This document shows, one piece after another, positions 50,962 to 60,633 of a DNA stretch of 64,000 nucleotides. The stretch lies in IMG/VR virus record IMGVR_UViG_3300042256_000025, one strand, 5' to 3'. The notes beneath the pieces were generated by a model. That model did not search any database. It was not told the DNA's origin and saw only the letters and a program-made list of their open reading frames with translations. The first letter of the stretch is position 1; each line of letters starts with the position of its first letter. Both the position numbers and the translations under genes were made by a program. This stretch comes from a virus (taxonomy: Duplodnaviria > Caudoviricetes).

Positions 50962-51678
50962 TCAGGGGTCAGTGGGCTCTATATCGTCAGGCAACATAAG
51001 GCTAAAGTAACGCAGGGGCATCAACTCAAATACCGCCAACTCGGCAAAGAGCATTCTAAAGGCATTGCCGATAAAGGTTTGAGGCGGTACCTCACCGCTA
51101 CACTGTAAGATCTCCGGTGCGTAGAAGTCCAACTTCGGCATGGGACTTTCTGTTAAAGCTTCACCGTGTATCGTGAACCATTCATCCAGGTCATGCCAAA
51201 TGAATGTGTTGTACTGTGCAAGCGTGGTTGGAGTGAGCCAGTCGACTGACGTACTGGTTAGGCGAACATCGTCGATTTGTGTGACGGAGCGTAAGATATC
51301 ACAATAAAGCGATTGCTCTTCGTCCGTAAGGCGATACGGGTGCGTATTAACAATCAATCTAAGCGTCACGATATCCGGCTTAATGGCTTCCTTGCTCCGA
51401 TACCGCTGTTGGATGTCGTACAGTAGAGGTACGACAAGGGTAGCCATGGAGAGCTTAAGGGTCTCAATGTCACGGTCCTTCCACAGCTGTTTAAAGGTAT
51501 CAGGATTGATCCGATCATCGAGCAGCCAAAGCTCATTAGTGCGTCGACTATGGTACCGGTCGTCTTTCAGGATATCCGCTGCGGCCGATTGATCTATGCG
51601 AGCCACCGTACCCATGCGGGTATCGAGAAGACTGTCCATAGACGCATAGACGGTGTGATACTCCTTGTCTGAAACCAT
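50962..51678 (-). CDS. conserved phiKZ-like hypothetical protein
   Basis: VYASMDSLLDTRMGT N-terminal motif; TAATG coupling to the RNAP subunit gene. Confidence 0.65.
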   Translation of the reverse strand: MVSDKEYHTVYASMDSLLDTRMGTVARIDQSAAADILKDDRYHSRRTNELWLLDDRINPDTFKQLWKDRDIETLKLSMATLVVPLLYDIQQRYRSKEAIKPDIVTLRLIVNTHPYRLTDEEQSLYCDILRSVTQIDDVRLTSTSVDWLTPTTLAQYNTFIWHDLDEWFTIHGEALTESPMPKLDFYAPEILQCSGEVPPQTFIGNAFRMLFAELAVFELMPLRYFSLMLPDDIEPTDP

Positions 51679-52352
51679 TACTGCTCCCCAATTGTGTTAT
51701 CCAAGTGTACCGATAATAGTAATGCGCGTAGCGTTTTAATTGCAGTAGGTTTACTACCTAAGGCTTCGATCGCTTTAACGTTAAAGGTGCCGGATTCCCG
51801 AATAGCCTCCTTCATAGCGGCTAAGGCCACATCATCCCCACCACGTACCTTAATCAGCTCCAGTAGACTGGTTTCCAAACCCTTAGACTCGATCACCAAC
51901 AACTCAGGCAGTGAGATCTTCCCGCCCTTAGAATCACCGGTTACCTGACCCGAGAGGTGGTCAACGACTCGGTCATCCTCAGGAATAGACTGCTTCTTAA
52001 TCAGGTGCTGTGACTGGCGTCGCATCGCTACATCCAGTACCATGTAAGACAGCGGTGTGGTATATTCCTCACCCGTCTCGGGGTCAGTTAAGACGAGTTG
52101 TTCAAAGAACTTTGCGCCTAACTCTTCGCCTACCTTAACGGTACGGTTAATGTCAAGCTTAATGTCATTGGCATTGGGGATAATGAGGTGGATGGTTTCA
52201 CGTCCACTATCCAGCGCATCGATCCAGCGTTCAAACTCGCTATCGGACATGGATTTAAATAGCGCTGTGTACAGGGCTGCGTTTACGTCACCGCCCTCCA
52301 ATTCCTTTAGGTATTTAATTACAGCGGCTTCTGCTGCTTTACGGTTAGCCAT
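51678..52352 (-). CDS. virion RNA polymerase beta subunit C-terminal fragment (phiKZ gp149-like)
   Basis: RRQSQHLIKK, LSGQVTGDSKGGKISLPE, ELIKVRGGD, matching the RpoB C-terminal region. Confidence 0.82.
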   Translation of the reverse strand: MANRKAAEAAVIKYLKELEGGDVNAALYTALFKSMSDSEFERWIDALDSGRETIHLIIPNANDIKLDINRTVKVGEELGAKFFEQLVLTDPETGEEYTTPLSYMVLDVAMRRQSQHLIKKQSIPEDDRVVDHLSGQVTGDSKGGKISLPELLVIESKGLETSLLELIKVRGGDDVALAAMKEAIRESGTFNVKAIEALGSKPTAIKTLRALLLSVHLDNTIGEQ

Positions 52353-52397
52353 ACTAGACCTCTAGATAGGTGGGTTCTATAGAATCCTGTCACCCCA

Positions 52398-52733
52398 CTA
52401 CCCATACTGGTACCGCTCCATCGGGTACACGGTCTGTGTGGTATCCGGTAGGTTATAGTCCACGATCAGGGGTATGATCAGGTACTTGAACTGGGCCATG
52501 AATTCAGGTAACGTATTGCACCGTAACAGGGCCAAGGCAGTGAGATTTACTGGGTAGCCTAGGCTGGCCAATTGGTCCAGCCAATAGTTGGTTGCCCATC
52601 GAATTTGGTTAGCTGCAGGCACTCGGTTTAGATTGGGGAGGTTAGCCGAGACGTGTTCTAAGAACCGCTCGGCATTATCACCATCGACCTCAATCATAAT
52701 CTCGTAGTGCATGCCGTTGATGATATTTGGCAT
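52398..52733 (-). CDS. hypothetical protein
   Basis: 111-aa ORF, AAGGTGA upstream. Confidence 0.7.
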   Translation of the reverse strand: MPNIINGMHYEIMIEVDGDNAERFLEHVSANLPNLNRVPAANQIRWATNYWLDQLASLGYPVNLTALALLRCNTLPEFMAQFKYLIIPLIVDYNLPDTTQTVYPMERYQYG

Positions 52734-52743
52734 GAGTCACCTT

Positions 52744-54156
52744 TTATGTCTTTTTAGGATACCACCAGGGTACATACTGTCCTGCCCGCATACGGAGTAG
52801 GTCCATTGTTGAGAGGAAAGGCTTCTCTTTTGATTCATCACATTCAAAGACCCAGTAGTCGCGGGTATCTAGCAGAATGTCCCAATCATACCCGAGCTCT
52901 TTAATGTCCTTATAGAGGACGTCTGGTGTGACATGGAGTGCAGGATCAATGTCGGACCAATAAAGCTCCATCTGGCGCAGCTGTGTGACAATCTCCAGTG
53001 CCCGACGCAGTTTCGGATCCTCATCGATCTTGCTGCGGACTGTAGTGCGGGATAAGGTAACCTCAGGGTAGATATCCAGTACGTACGTGGTATTGTTGCC
53101 ACTGAACCCGTAGTTCTGACCCTTCAGGAAATGAAAGTTAGTCAGATGGGGGAGTAAGCCTTCGGACTGTGAAATGACCAGCTCGAACTTGATGCCCGAG
53201 GGGCCATTTTTGTTACGGGTGTTAACCATGTGTACTACAGTTAGATCTGAGGCACCGGCAATACGGTCAGAGTCTGACTTCGGATAACGGGCAGACTTAT
53301 CCGCGCTACTATTGTACAGCACCTTGGCATCGAAGATCTCGAACAGGTTGTTGTTAATGAACGAGAACTTCTCCGGTACACCTTTGGTCTTAGTGCCACT
53401 GCGAGAGTGGGTTAGCTTAGGGGCTTTAGGCGCATAGGGGTCCATCTCAATGCCCATGCCGATGTGGGCCACCAGGAAGAAGTATAGTCCCCCTTGTACA
53501 CCCATGTTCGGAAGCTGGGTAATAAGCTGTGTCTTAGCCGCACCCTCTTTCATAAACTGGGTATTTGCACCAGACTCGCCGACGGCATTCTTATCGACCA
53601 GCTTATCTTGCACTGCTGACACCTTAAACTCAGTCAGACTGTCAATATTAACCAGCATAGGGGGCAGAATAGCAATCTGTTTACCCGAGTCGTCAAAGAA
53701 AGGCGTACCTATCTCCAGCTTCTTACTGGCTTTAGCCCGTTCACGAGACCCTTCTTTGATTAGTTCAAAGTAGTCGTCTCCCAGAATATCAGCGGATTGG
53801 GTAAGGCGCAGTTTATTAGCGCCCTCGGCACTCGAGAAGTCTATGCCCTTAAGTTGCCAGTGTCGATTGGCAGCACGATTCAATCGCTTATACGTCATGG
53901 AGTTCTCAGTATCGTACGCAGCCCCTTGAGAGGGACTGTAGCGGGCCATGACCGTAAAGAAAAGGTAATTGAGTATCTCAGACTTAAAGGTGTTACCCGG
54001 TCCTGCGATCGAGTTAACCGTGGAGACGCCTGCATTGAGGATGGACTCGCCATGCTTACCCAATACGTAGTTTCCAGTCGGTATATCAAACACAGACCCT
54101 ACATTCAGGTGGGGACGTAACTTAGGTGCCTGTGGCAATGAATCAAAAAATCCCAT
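52744..54156 (-). CDS. uvsX: RecA/UvsX-like recombinase (phiKZ gp152-like)
   Basis: LNVGSVFDIPTG, variant Walker A GPGNTFKS, YDTE, IDSL, RNKNGPSG. Confidence 0.85.
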   Translation of the reverse strand: MGFFDSLPQAPKLRPHLNVGSVFDIPTGNYVLGKHGESILNAGVSTVNSIAGPGNTFKSEILNYLFFTVMARYSPSQGAAYDTENSMTYKRLNRAANRHWQLKGIDFSSAEGANKLRLTQSADILGDDYFELIKEGSRERAKASKKLEIGTPFFDDSGKQIAILPPMLVNIDSLTEFKVSAVQDKLVDKNAVGESGANTQFMKEGAAKTQLITQLPNMGVQGGLYFFLVAHIGMGIEMDPYAPKAPKLTHSRSGTKTKGVPEKFSFINNNLFEIFDAKVLYNSSADKSARYPKSDSDRIAGASDLTVVHMVNTRNKNGPSGIKFELVISQSEGLLPHLTNFHFLKGQNYGFSGNNTTYVLDIYPEVTLSRTTVRSKIDEDPKLRRALEIVTQLRQMELYWSDIDPALHVTPDVLYKDIKELGYDWDILLDTRDYWVFECDESKEKPFLSTMDLLRMRAGQYVPWWYPKKT

Positions 54157-54376
54157 TATCGTAATCCTTTCAGAGTGTCCTGTAGTAAACTATATCATCA
54201 AGAGGGACGGTTAGTTTTAATTATAGCTCGCACTGTTTGCTTTATCCATCATCAGTAAAGGATCCCTGTCTAGGGTTATTGTAGATTTGTACACATGGTA
54301 CGGTTACTGCCTAAATCGTATGTCCACTGATTATTAGGGCATTCGCCCCTAACCCTCTGCCGAGATTGGAGTTTTT

Positions 54377-55213
54377 ATGAGCAACGTAATATTAGTGTCC
54401 CTTCTAGAAGACCAACGGGCTGAGGCTGAGCTCCAGTCTGTCGGCATTGAAGGGTTTACCCATCTGTTTGATTACCTGTCTGAGGTTGGCAATTTACTCT
54501 CAGGCCACTTTGCGGGCATACTGAAGAAGCTGGAGCCGATTAATGCTGGCAGTGCCTTTAGTCGTAACCTGGTGAAGTTGATGGGTGAAATTCCCTACGA
54601 CGTCGTCAGTAAGATTACCGTCTATCATCCAGTGGGCCTGTCGGAGTACATGGTGCCCTTTATTGTCCACATGAACCGTTCACTGGAGATGTTGGATAAA
54701 ATCGATGAGCGCCTGTATACACCGCTCTCAACCTACATGGGTGAGCTATTGAGTCAGCCCGACAGTGCGGATAAGCTGTGGGTCGCACGGGACCTTAAAC
54801 CGGTGGATATTGAGTCGGCGAAGGCAACCTTCGAGTCGTTCTTTGACCCACGCATTAAAGCACGTAGTACAACACTGACCGCACCCTTTGAGAAACTGTA
54901 TCGCACCAATAGTGATTTTCTGGAAGCCGGCAAGCAGTTGAAACTGCTGATCGAACGCATTAACGGTATTGACTTTAACCGTATCCGTAAAGCGGAAAAG
55001 ACGCTGTCTGATCGCATTAAAGCCTACGCCGATTACGTACAGAAAAACGAAGACGCTGCGATTCGTAATAAACAGTCGCTGCGTAAGCTGGCGGATACCG
55101 TTCGCTCTATTGCCAATGAGACCGAATATTTCGCATTGATGGTCTACACCGCTAAAACGGTACAGGTTGCCGTTTCAGACTCGGCTGAACGCCTTGAGAA
55201 GGCATTGAAATAA
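54377..55213 (+). CDS. virion (head) protein (phiKZ gp153-like)
   Basis: 278 aa, divergent from uvsX as in phiKZ; N-terminal G-I-E putative processing site. Confidence 0.6.
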   Translation: MSNVILVSLLEDQRAEAELQSVGIEGFTHLFDYLSEVGNLLSGHFAGILKKLEPINAGSAFSRNLVKLMGEIPYDVVSKITVYHPVGLSEYMVPFIVHMNRSLEMLDKIDERLYTPLSTYMGELLSQPDSADKLWVARDLKPVDIESAKATFESFFDPRIKARSTTLTAPFEKLYRTNSDFLEAGKQLKLLIERINGIDFNRIRKAEKTLSDRIKAYADYVQKNEDAAIRNKQSLRKLADTVRSIANETEYFALMVYTAKTVQVAVSDSAERLEKALK

Positions 55214-55224
55214 AGGAAAGAGAT

Positions 55225-56382
55225 ATGTACCCTACAGTAACTGGAAATACACTCGATAGTGTAGCCGTGGAACAATTGTTCAATCTGGCTAATGGATTGA
55301 GTAACATCATAGTCGCATACGGTGACGAGTCCAAGGCACTACCGGTTGCCTGCGCCTGTGCCAGCGGCATCATTAAGGGCGTTGGACTGGAAAGCGGTGA
55401 AATTGTTTCCATGGAAAACATTGTGGATTGGTTGAAGAAGACCTACAATGCGATTAAAAACAAAATCAGTGACGCAATGGATGCCGTATCGGCTAAACTG
55501 TCAAAACTGTCCAGCGACGTTAAGATGCACAGTAAGGAATTTGACCTTGCGGTTAAGCAGTTTGATCGGGTGAAGGACAATAAGGACGGACCGAAAACTG
55601 TAACCGTAGGGCAATCAATCTGGACACTTCTGATTGGTGAAAAGCTACCCTCCGATCTTGCGCGTGAGTTTAAGCGCTTGTACGATGAGGCGCCCGACAC
55701 CGGTGCCGCCAGTAAGCTTATCGAGACATTGGTAGACGGAAGCACTGCGAAAAAACTGCACGATGGTTACAGGAAAGGCGGACTAGGCGACGCCATACGT
55801 GAGCTGCAGGATCTGAGTGATTCGACGCAGGAGGCAGTTGAGAAGACTACCCTGAAAAACACTAAACCTGTCAAACAATCGGACACCAATTTAAAAGGTA
55901 AGGTTGACGGTAAGCTCGTTGCAACGGACTACTACCTGGGTAATTGGCGTGTTATATTTGAGATGCCTGCCGATAAAAAGGCCATCGGCAGCTCTCAATG
56001 GGGTACGCAAAACATGCCGGGTACAGCCGGTAAGGATCACTCTGAGTTGGAAACACCGACTCTAACTGCGGGAGAAGTGGCTAACGCCGTTAGTGTACTG
56101 AAACCTATCTTTGCTCAGTTGGCCGATAGCGAGAATACCAACAAGGCCCTTACAAAGGGATACAACACTCTTGTTAGTGCAGCAAATGAGATTGTTGCAT
56201 TTGCATCCTGGAGGGGGGAAAGCAAAGAGTGGTTCGATGCCTATAACAGTCTTATCAAATACCAGCTAGATGTACTTAACATGATCGGTAATCTGTATGG
56301 TGTCTATGGTAGTCGAACATTGAATTCTGTCGCTACTTATACCCGGTACGTTAAAGCCTCTACCAAGGCTTTAGAAGGGTAA
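55225..56382 (+). CDS. internal head protein-like
   Basis: GLE...SME then NIVDWLKKTYNAIK helix, typical of processed phiKZ inner-head paralogues. Confidence 0.6.
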   Translation: MYPTVTGNTLDSVAVEQLFNLANGLSNIIVAYGDESKALPVACACASGIIKGVGLESGEIVSMENIVDWLKKTYNAIKNKISDAMDAVSAKLSKLSSDVKMHSKEFDLAVKQFDRVKDNKDGPKTVTVGQSIWTLLIGEKLPSDLAREFKRLYDEAPDTGAASKLIETLVDGSTAKKLHDGYRKGGLGDAIRELQDLSDSTQEAVEKTTLKNTKPVKQSDTNLKGKVDGKLVATDYYLGNWRVIFEMPADKKAIGSSQWGTQNMPGTAGKDHSELETPTLTAGEVANAVSVLKPIFAQLADSENTNKALTKGYNTLVSAANEIVAFASWRGESKEWFDAYNSLIKYQLDVLNMIGNLYGVYGSRTLNSVATYTRYVKASTKALEG

Positions 56383-56432
56383 AAAAAAAAAAAGAATACT
56401 ACACTCCACCGGGTAATCCCGGTGGAGTGTAT
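56381..56432. terminator. terminator hairpin with A/T tract
   Basis: tacactccaccggg-taat-cccggtggagtgta next to an A13 run, between convergent genes. Confidence 0.75.
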
Positions 56433-56434
56433 AG

Positions 56435-56710
56435 TTATTTTGGCAACGATCCAAGTCTTAGGGTGTAAGGGTTAACAGTGTAACCCTGGCGTTTTAGATA
56501 TCCTAAAATACACATCTTAAGGTTATACTCCTCATTACGAGGATGGTAGGTCAGACGGTACTTACCCGTATACTGTTCTGTACCTACACAATAGTCATCA
56601 AATCTCTGGACAATTGAATGGGTTTTAGAATGAGGTGCCTCGTAGAAGAATGCGATCGTGGTGCCTGGCACCATATGTTCTTCTAGTTCAAAGTGATATG
56701 TGGTACTCAT
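56435..56710 (-). CDS. hypothetical protein
   Basis: ATGA-coupled to the upstream P-loop gene. Confidence 0.6.
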   Translation of the reverse strand: MSTTYHFELEEHMVPGTTIAFFYEAPHSKTHSIVQRFDDYCVGTEQYTGKYRLTYHPRNEEYNLKMCILGYLKRQGYTVNPYTLRLGSLPK

Positions 56711-57156
56711 GCGCACACCTGCTCCGCTAAGGCCACTACCCCATCTACTACATCTGGCGTAATCTCCCGTCCCACCAGGATTTCATTAGGATAATCCTCC
56801 CAGCGCTTTTGCATCATAGAGATGGCAACTGCTGGCACTCCGTGAATGTTGTCGTATTCTCCCGTACACTGTACCACCGCATAGGGGAAACCCATCTCCA
56901 TGTAGGGCTCCATCTCCCACAGGCGGGTAAAGGTGTTGGACACCACTACCGACTTACCCTCCTCCAAGGCAGACCGCACGGCTTCCTGACACCACGCATG
57001 GGCATCTTTAATGCGGGTACCGTCATACTCGTAGTCACCCGATTCCGTTACAAAGTACTGGTCGGCCTCTACATGTTTAAAGCCAAACCGTTGCTTCAAT
57101 GCGGTGGCCAGGGTACTCTTACCCGAACCCGGCAATCCACGTACAATAATAAGCAT
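56707..57156 (-). CDS. P-loop kinase-like protein (AAA_33 / N4BP2-like)
   Basis: IIVRGLPGSGKST, EADQYF, AHAWCQ, VVVSNTF, NIHGVP. Confidence 0.8.
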   Translation of the reverse strand: MLIIVRGLPGSGKSTLATALKQRFGFKHVEADQYFVTESGDYEYDGTRIKDAHAWCQEAVRSALEEGKSVVVSNTFTRLWEMEPYMEMGFPYAVVQCTGEYDNIHGVPAVAISMMQKRWEDYPNEILVGREITPDVVDGVVALAEQVCA

Positions 57157-57191
57157 CTGTATTCTCCATTATAGGGTATCGGTCTACAATT

Positions 57192-57201
57192 GTAATATAG
57201 G
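57192..57201 (-). promoter_or_regulatory. phiKZ-type early promoter CCTATATTAC
   Basis: Intergenic copy 35 nt upstream of the kinase-like gene. Confidence 0.7.
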
Positions 57202-57202
57202 T

Positions 57203-57550
57203 TTATATCTCAAGTAAACGGGCTACCTTGTTACGCACCTTACGACGCCATACAATCGGCATCCCATCCCCACATCCTTCAAATATATCCACTAATCTAA
57301 AAAACTTACCTCGGTAAGGCTCACCATAACAGACGTATATACACTCTGTCCATACCGGACCATTATGTAGAGTAAGTCGCTCTTTTAGTATTGCTATGGC
57401 GTCTTCGTCTAAATCTATCACAGTCATTCCATCAAAGGTATGGTAGTCTGGCTCGTATAACTTAACCATCTCTGCATCCCTACAACTCAATGACATACAA
57501 ACCGGCTGTCTCCAGGGAATCCCCCTGGAGACACGAGTCAGCAGACCCAC
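57203..57550 (-). CDS. hypothetical protein
   Basis: 115-aa ORF; start uncertain. Confidence 0.55.
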   Translation of the reverse strand: MGLLTRVSRGIPWRQPVCMSLSCRDAEMVKLYEPDYHTFDGMTVIDLDEDAIAILKERLTLHNGPVWTECIYVCYGEPYRGKFFRLVDIFEGCGDGMPIVWRRKVRNKVARLLEI

Positions 57551-57561
57551 CGGTAGTGTGA

Positions 57562-59034
57562 TTAAAGCGTAGGCTTTAGGTTACTAAAGGGACTTGCGTA
57601 GATAGCACGGTCTTCGTCTGCTTCGATGATTACCGCGTATCGGAACCCGGCGTTCTGTTGACCGTATTTAACCAGCACAACTTTCATATGATCGACTGTT
57701 TTACCCACTGCATTTAAATGGTTGCGGGTAGGGAGGTCGATATTGAAGGTGAGGGTTAAACTGATCGTTTTGTTGCCGTGTAAAACAGGGATCGTGACGG
57801 CGGCGTCGCTGCCTTTAATCTCCTTTAACAACTTCCACTCTTTCTTACCTTTAGTTACTAAATGCTCAGTAATATCCAGGTATTCAGTGCGGGTACAGCT
57901 GTGGTTAGTGGTATAGCGTTCTAATTGATCCAGTAGCTGCATTAAGGTGTCCACACCTTCATATGCGCGTCTGGGTGGTCTGACGTAAATCGTTAGCGGT
58001 TCTCCTTCCACCGTAACAATGTTCAGTCGCTTATGGTCCAAATGAGCCTTACCGTGGATGGTCAACTGCTCCCAGATAGCGGGTTTAGTGACACGGTCCA
58101 TCATCATAATGACCGGCTGAACAAAGTCATCCGGGGTTACGGCATTCTGATGCTCAATGATCGCTTCAAACTGCTCAACCGGATTCGGGGTTACTAAAAC
58201 AGACATGAGGGTATCAGGCGCTTCTGTCCCAAAGTGTTTGCCGTTAAATCCACCACGGTCATCAAAGTTCGCTGACAAATAAATGTGGCGGTTATCGACT
58301 GTACGCATGGGGGTATTGGTGGTGAACACCAAACGCTTACCAGAGATGAGTTTATTATAGGACGCGGGCTTGGGTTTACTGGGTTTAGCCTCCGCGACTG
58401 AGGGATCGGTGGACTCCTCGGTACCTTTCACCTGAATAACAAGTTCTTCGATTTTCTTTTCTGCCGCTAAACGGCCTCGGTTCGCATTCTGATCGGCGCG
58501 CTCATTACCTGGGTCATCGGAGTGACCCTTCACCCAATGGTACACAAGTCTGATCTTACGTTGTTTCACCGCCTGTTGAAGACTGTCGATAGTTTGCCAC
58601 ATATCCATGTTGGAAATTGCATTACCTTCTTTCGTCTTCCAGCCATTCTTGCGCCAGCCTCTTAGATGGCGTTCAGCCCCATCTAACACGTAGCGGCTAT
58701 CAAAGTACACGTGCGCTTCTACCCAGTGACCGGCTAACAGCAGCTCGAGCACCCGAATATAGGCCAGTAGCTCGGCGCGGTTATTCGTGACGACGTTACC
58801 AACATGACCAAATATATCGAACTCGTTCCCTGCATCATCTTTACCGTAAATACCCAAACCCCCCATGCCGGGGTTAGGGCGCGCTGAGCCATCACAATAA
58901 AGGGTCAGTACCTTACCTCCTTCCATTGCCTTAATCGCACTATAGCTATCGTCTTTAGCCAACAGTGCATTACTCTCTTCTGCGCGTGCTGGTTCGTGTG
59001 TAACGTCCTGCTTATTCTTCTTCGCACGTCCCAT
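57562..59034 (-). CDS. rnhA: ribonuclease HI with phage-specific C-terminal domain (phiKZ gp155-like)
   Basis: LYCDGS, TNNRAEL, DSRYV, WVKGHS, GNERADQNA. Confidence 0.92.
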   Translation of the reverse strand: MGRAKKNKQDVTHEPARAEESNALLAKDDSYSAIKAMEGGKVLTLYCDGSARPNPGMGGLGIYGKDDAGNEFDIFGHVGNVVTNNRAELLAYIRVLELLLAGHWVEAHVYFDSRYVLDGAERHLRGWRKNGWKTKEGNAISNMDMWQTIDSLQQAVKQRKIRLVYHWVKGHSDDPGNERADQNANRGRLAAEKKIEELVIQVKGTEESTDPSVAEAKPSKPKPASYNKLISGKRLVFTTNTPMRTVDNRHIYLSANFDDRGGFNGKHFGTEAPDTLMSVLVTPNPVEQFEAIIEHQNAVTPDDFVQPVIMMMDRVTKPAIWEQLTIHGKAHLDHKRLNIVTVEGEPLTIYVRPPRRAYEGVDTLMQLLDQLERYTTNHSCTRTEYLDITEHLVTKGKKEWKLLKEIKGSDAAVTIPVLHGNKTISLTLTFNIDLPTRNHLNAVGKTVDHMKVVLVKYGQQNAGFRYAVIIEADEDRAIYASPFSNLKPTL

Positions 59035-59407
59035 CAGTTTTTACTCCCTTGAGCCAAGTATCGGTTTGCCGTGTCCGTTTGAGCAATGCCTCTACCAGTT
59101 CGATCATACTGTCACGACTCTGATAGGGGGTGATGTCAAATGCATCTTGCTCAATTACCTTTACCAATCGCGTACAGAGCGTCTTCTGTGGCGATGTATC
59201 AGCAGGGGGTGGACCGGCGTCAGTGTACACTTGGGTGGTGATGGAGGGGTGAATGGTGGACTGTGCGTACCCCGATCGGTAGTCAATTAGGGTAAGTTTA
59301 AGCTCCAGCGGTGGAGGCGGTGCCTGTGGTGGAGGAGATGGTAGTATGACCATACATCCCGATAACACACTGCACCCTGCCAATACCGCAGCACGTACAT
59401 ACTGCAT
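59012..59407 (-). CDS. lipoprotein, candidate outer-membrane spanin
   Basis: ATG 59407 (TAATG overlap); MQYVRAAVLAGCSVLSGC lipobox followed by a proline-rich stretch. Confidence 0.5.
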   Translation of the reverse strand: MQYVRAAVLAGCSVLSGCMVILPSPPPQAPPPPLELKLTLIDYRSGYAQSTIHPSITTQVYTDAGPPPADTSPQKTLCTRLVKVIEQDAFDITPYQSRDSMIELVEALLKRTRQTDTWLKGVKTDGTCEEE

Positions 59408-59676
59408 TAAAGTTCTCCAGACTGATATTGCTGTAAGAGTGCTCGATAACGGTCCTGTTCTGAGGGTATCGTCCTGATAGGCTCTTCGGGTGGGGGAACT
59501 ACCGTGCACTGTTCAATGTCAGTGGGTGGAGGAGGGGTAGCCTGTGTATCAAAATACCAGGTGGTACCTGAACCCGTGACTACCCCTATACACCCGTACA
59601 CGAAGTACAGTAGTCGGTGTTTCAGCATAGGAGACTGCCTAACTTTCGTTAGGCAAAATCGCAAGAACGCTTTCAT
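59407..59676 (-). CDS. single-pass membrane protein, candidate inner-membrane spanin
   Basis: Basic N-terminus, one hydrophobic segment, Pro-rich tail with one Cys; coupled to the lipoprotein gene. Confidence 0.45.
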   Translation of the reverse strand: MKAFLRFCLTKVRQSPMLKHRLLYFVYGCIGVVTGSGTTWYFDTQATPPPPTDIEQCTVVPPPEEPIRTIPSEQDRYRALLQQYQSGEL

Positions 59677-59746
59677 TAGACCATCCTTATATGGGCGTTC
59701 TATTATGGATGTGAACCAGATGATTCGCTCTGCGATTATTTTTAAC

Positions 59747-60307
59747 TTACGGACATGACCAGCTTACGTCGCTAACCTTAGCAATGTGTTGGTTAGCCTT
59801 CACAATACCACAACTACGGATTCGGGTACACTCATGCACGGTGCATACTTCCTTACCACCCTCTACAATTCCCCAAAGATCGGTACACTCCCACTCCATG
59901 GCATCTAGCACAGGGAAATAGGCATCCGCCAACTCTACTTCGGTATTGACTCTCGTTAGGTAGATACGGTTAGCATACGGAAGCGCATCCGCGTATACCT
60001 GTCCGCCCCCTACAACAATGGGCTGTAAACCAAGATCCAAAATACGGATGATGGCTTCTGGTAGGGAACGGACAATAAGTAACCCCTCTTTAACCGGATA
60101 GTCTTCTTGTGACGTAATCATCACAGTCGTACGACCCGGTAGCGGTTTACCGATCGACTCGTATGTTTTACGTCCCATGATCATGGCCTTACCCATGGTC
60201 TTATCCTTAAACCACTGAAGGTCTTGAGGGATGTGCCAGGGAAGACCACCACCTACACCAATCGCCCGATTGAGATCATGGGCTACAATCATTTCCAGTT
60301 CAATCAT
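59747..60307 (-). CDS. folA: dihydrofolate reductase
   Basis: IGVGGGLPWHIPQDLQWFK, IMGRKTYESI, PLPGR, VVGGGQVY, DAYFP. Confidence 0.95.
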   Translation of the reverse strand: MIELEMIVAHDLNRAIGVGGGLPWHIPQDLQWFKDKTMGKAMIMGRKTYESIGKPLPGRTTVMITSQEDYPVKEGLLIVRSLPEAIIRILDLGLQPIVVGGGQVYADALPYANRIYLTRVNTEVELADAYFPVLDAMEWECTDLWGIVEGGKEVCTVHECTRIRSCGIVKANQHIAKVSDVSWSCP

Positions 60308-60633
60308 GAGGGCCCCTTATTACCTCCTGTGTACACAAGTTCACCGGCATCAAGCATTTGTCGTATCGTGTCACGGTAGTTACGGTATTGGCCCTTAACA
60401 GCGTGCAACTCCTTGCTATCGCTCTTTAAAGCCGCTACTTCCTGTCGAAGGGCATTGACTTCATCCTGCGCGGCATCTACCACTTCCTGTGCATCGTATT
60501 GGTCGATCCAAGTGCCCATGCCCGGCGTAGCGATAATACGCTTACCGTCACTTGAGAACAGGAAGGCATGGTTAGGGATAGCGCAAAGTTTATCCCAGTA
60601 CTCATACCCTTCTCGAGTTTTCATGTTTCTCAT
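60304..60633 (-). CDS. hypothetical protein
   Basis: 109 aa, ATGA-coupled on both sides between thyA and folA. Confidence 0.7.
   Translation of the reverse strand: MRNMKTREGYEYWDKLCAIPNHAFLFSSDGKRIIATPGMGTWIDQYDAQEVVDAAQDEVNALRQEVAALKSDSKELHAVKGQYRNYRDTIRQMLDAGELVYTGGNKGPS

Noticed and set aside
56381-56393. Poly-A tracts (also near 1863, 20419, 48377) as phase-variation sites
   Set aside because: All are intergenic and next to hairpins, fitting terminator U tracts on the minus strand.
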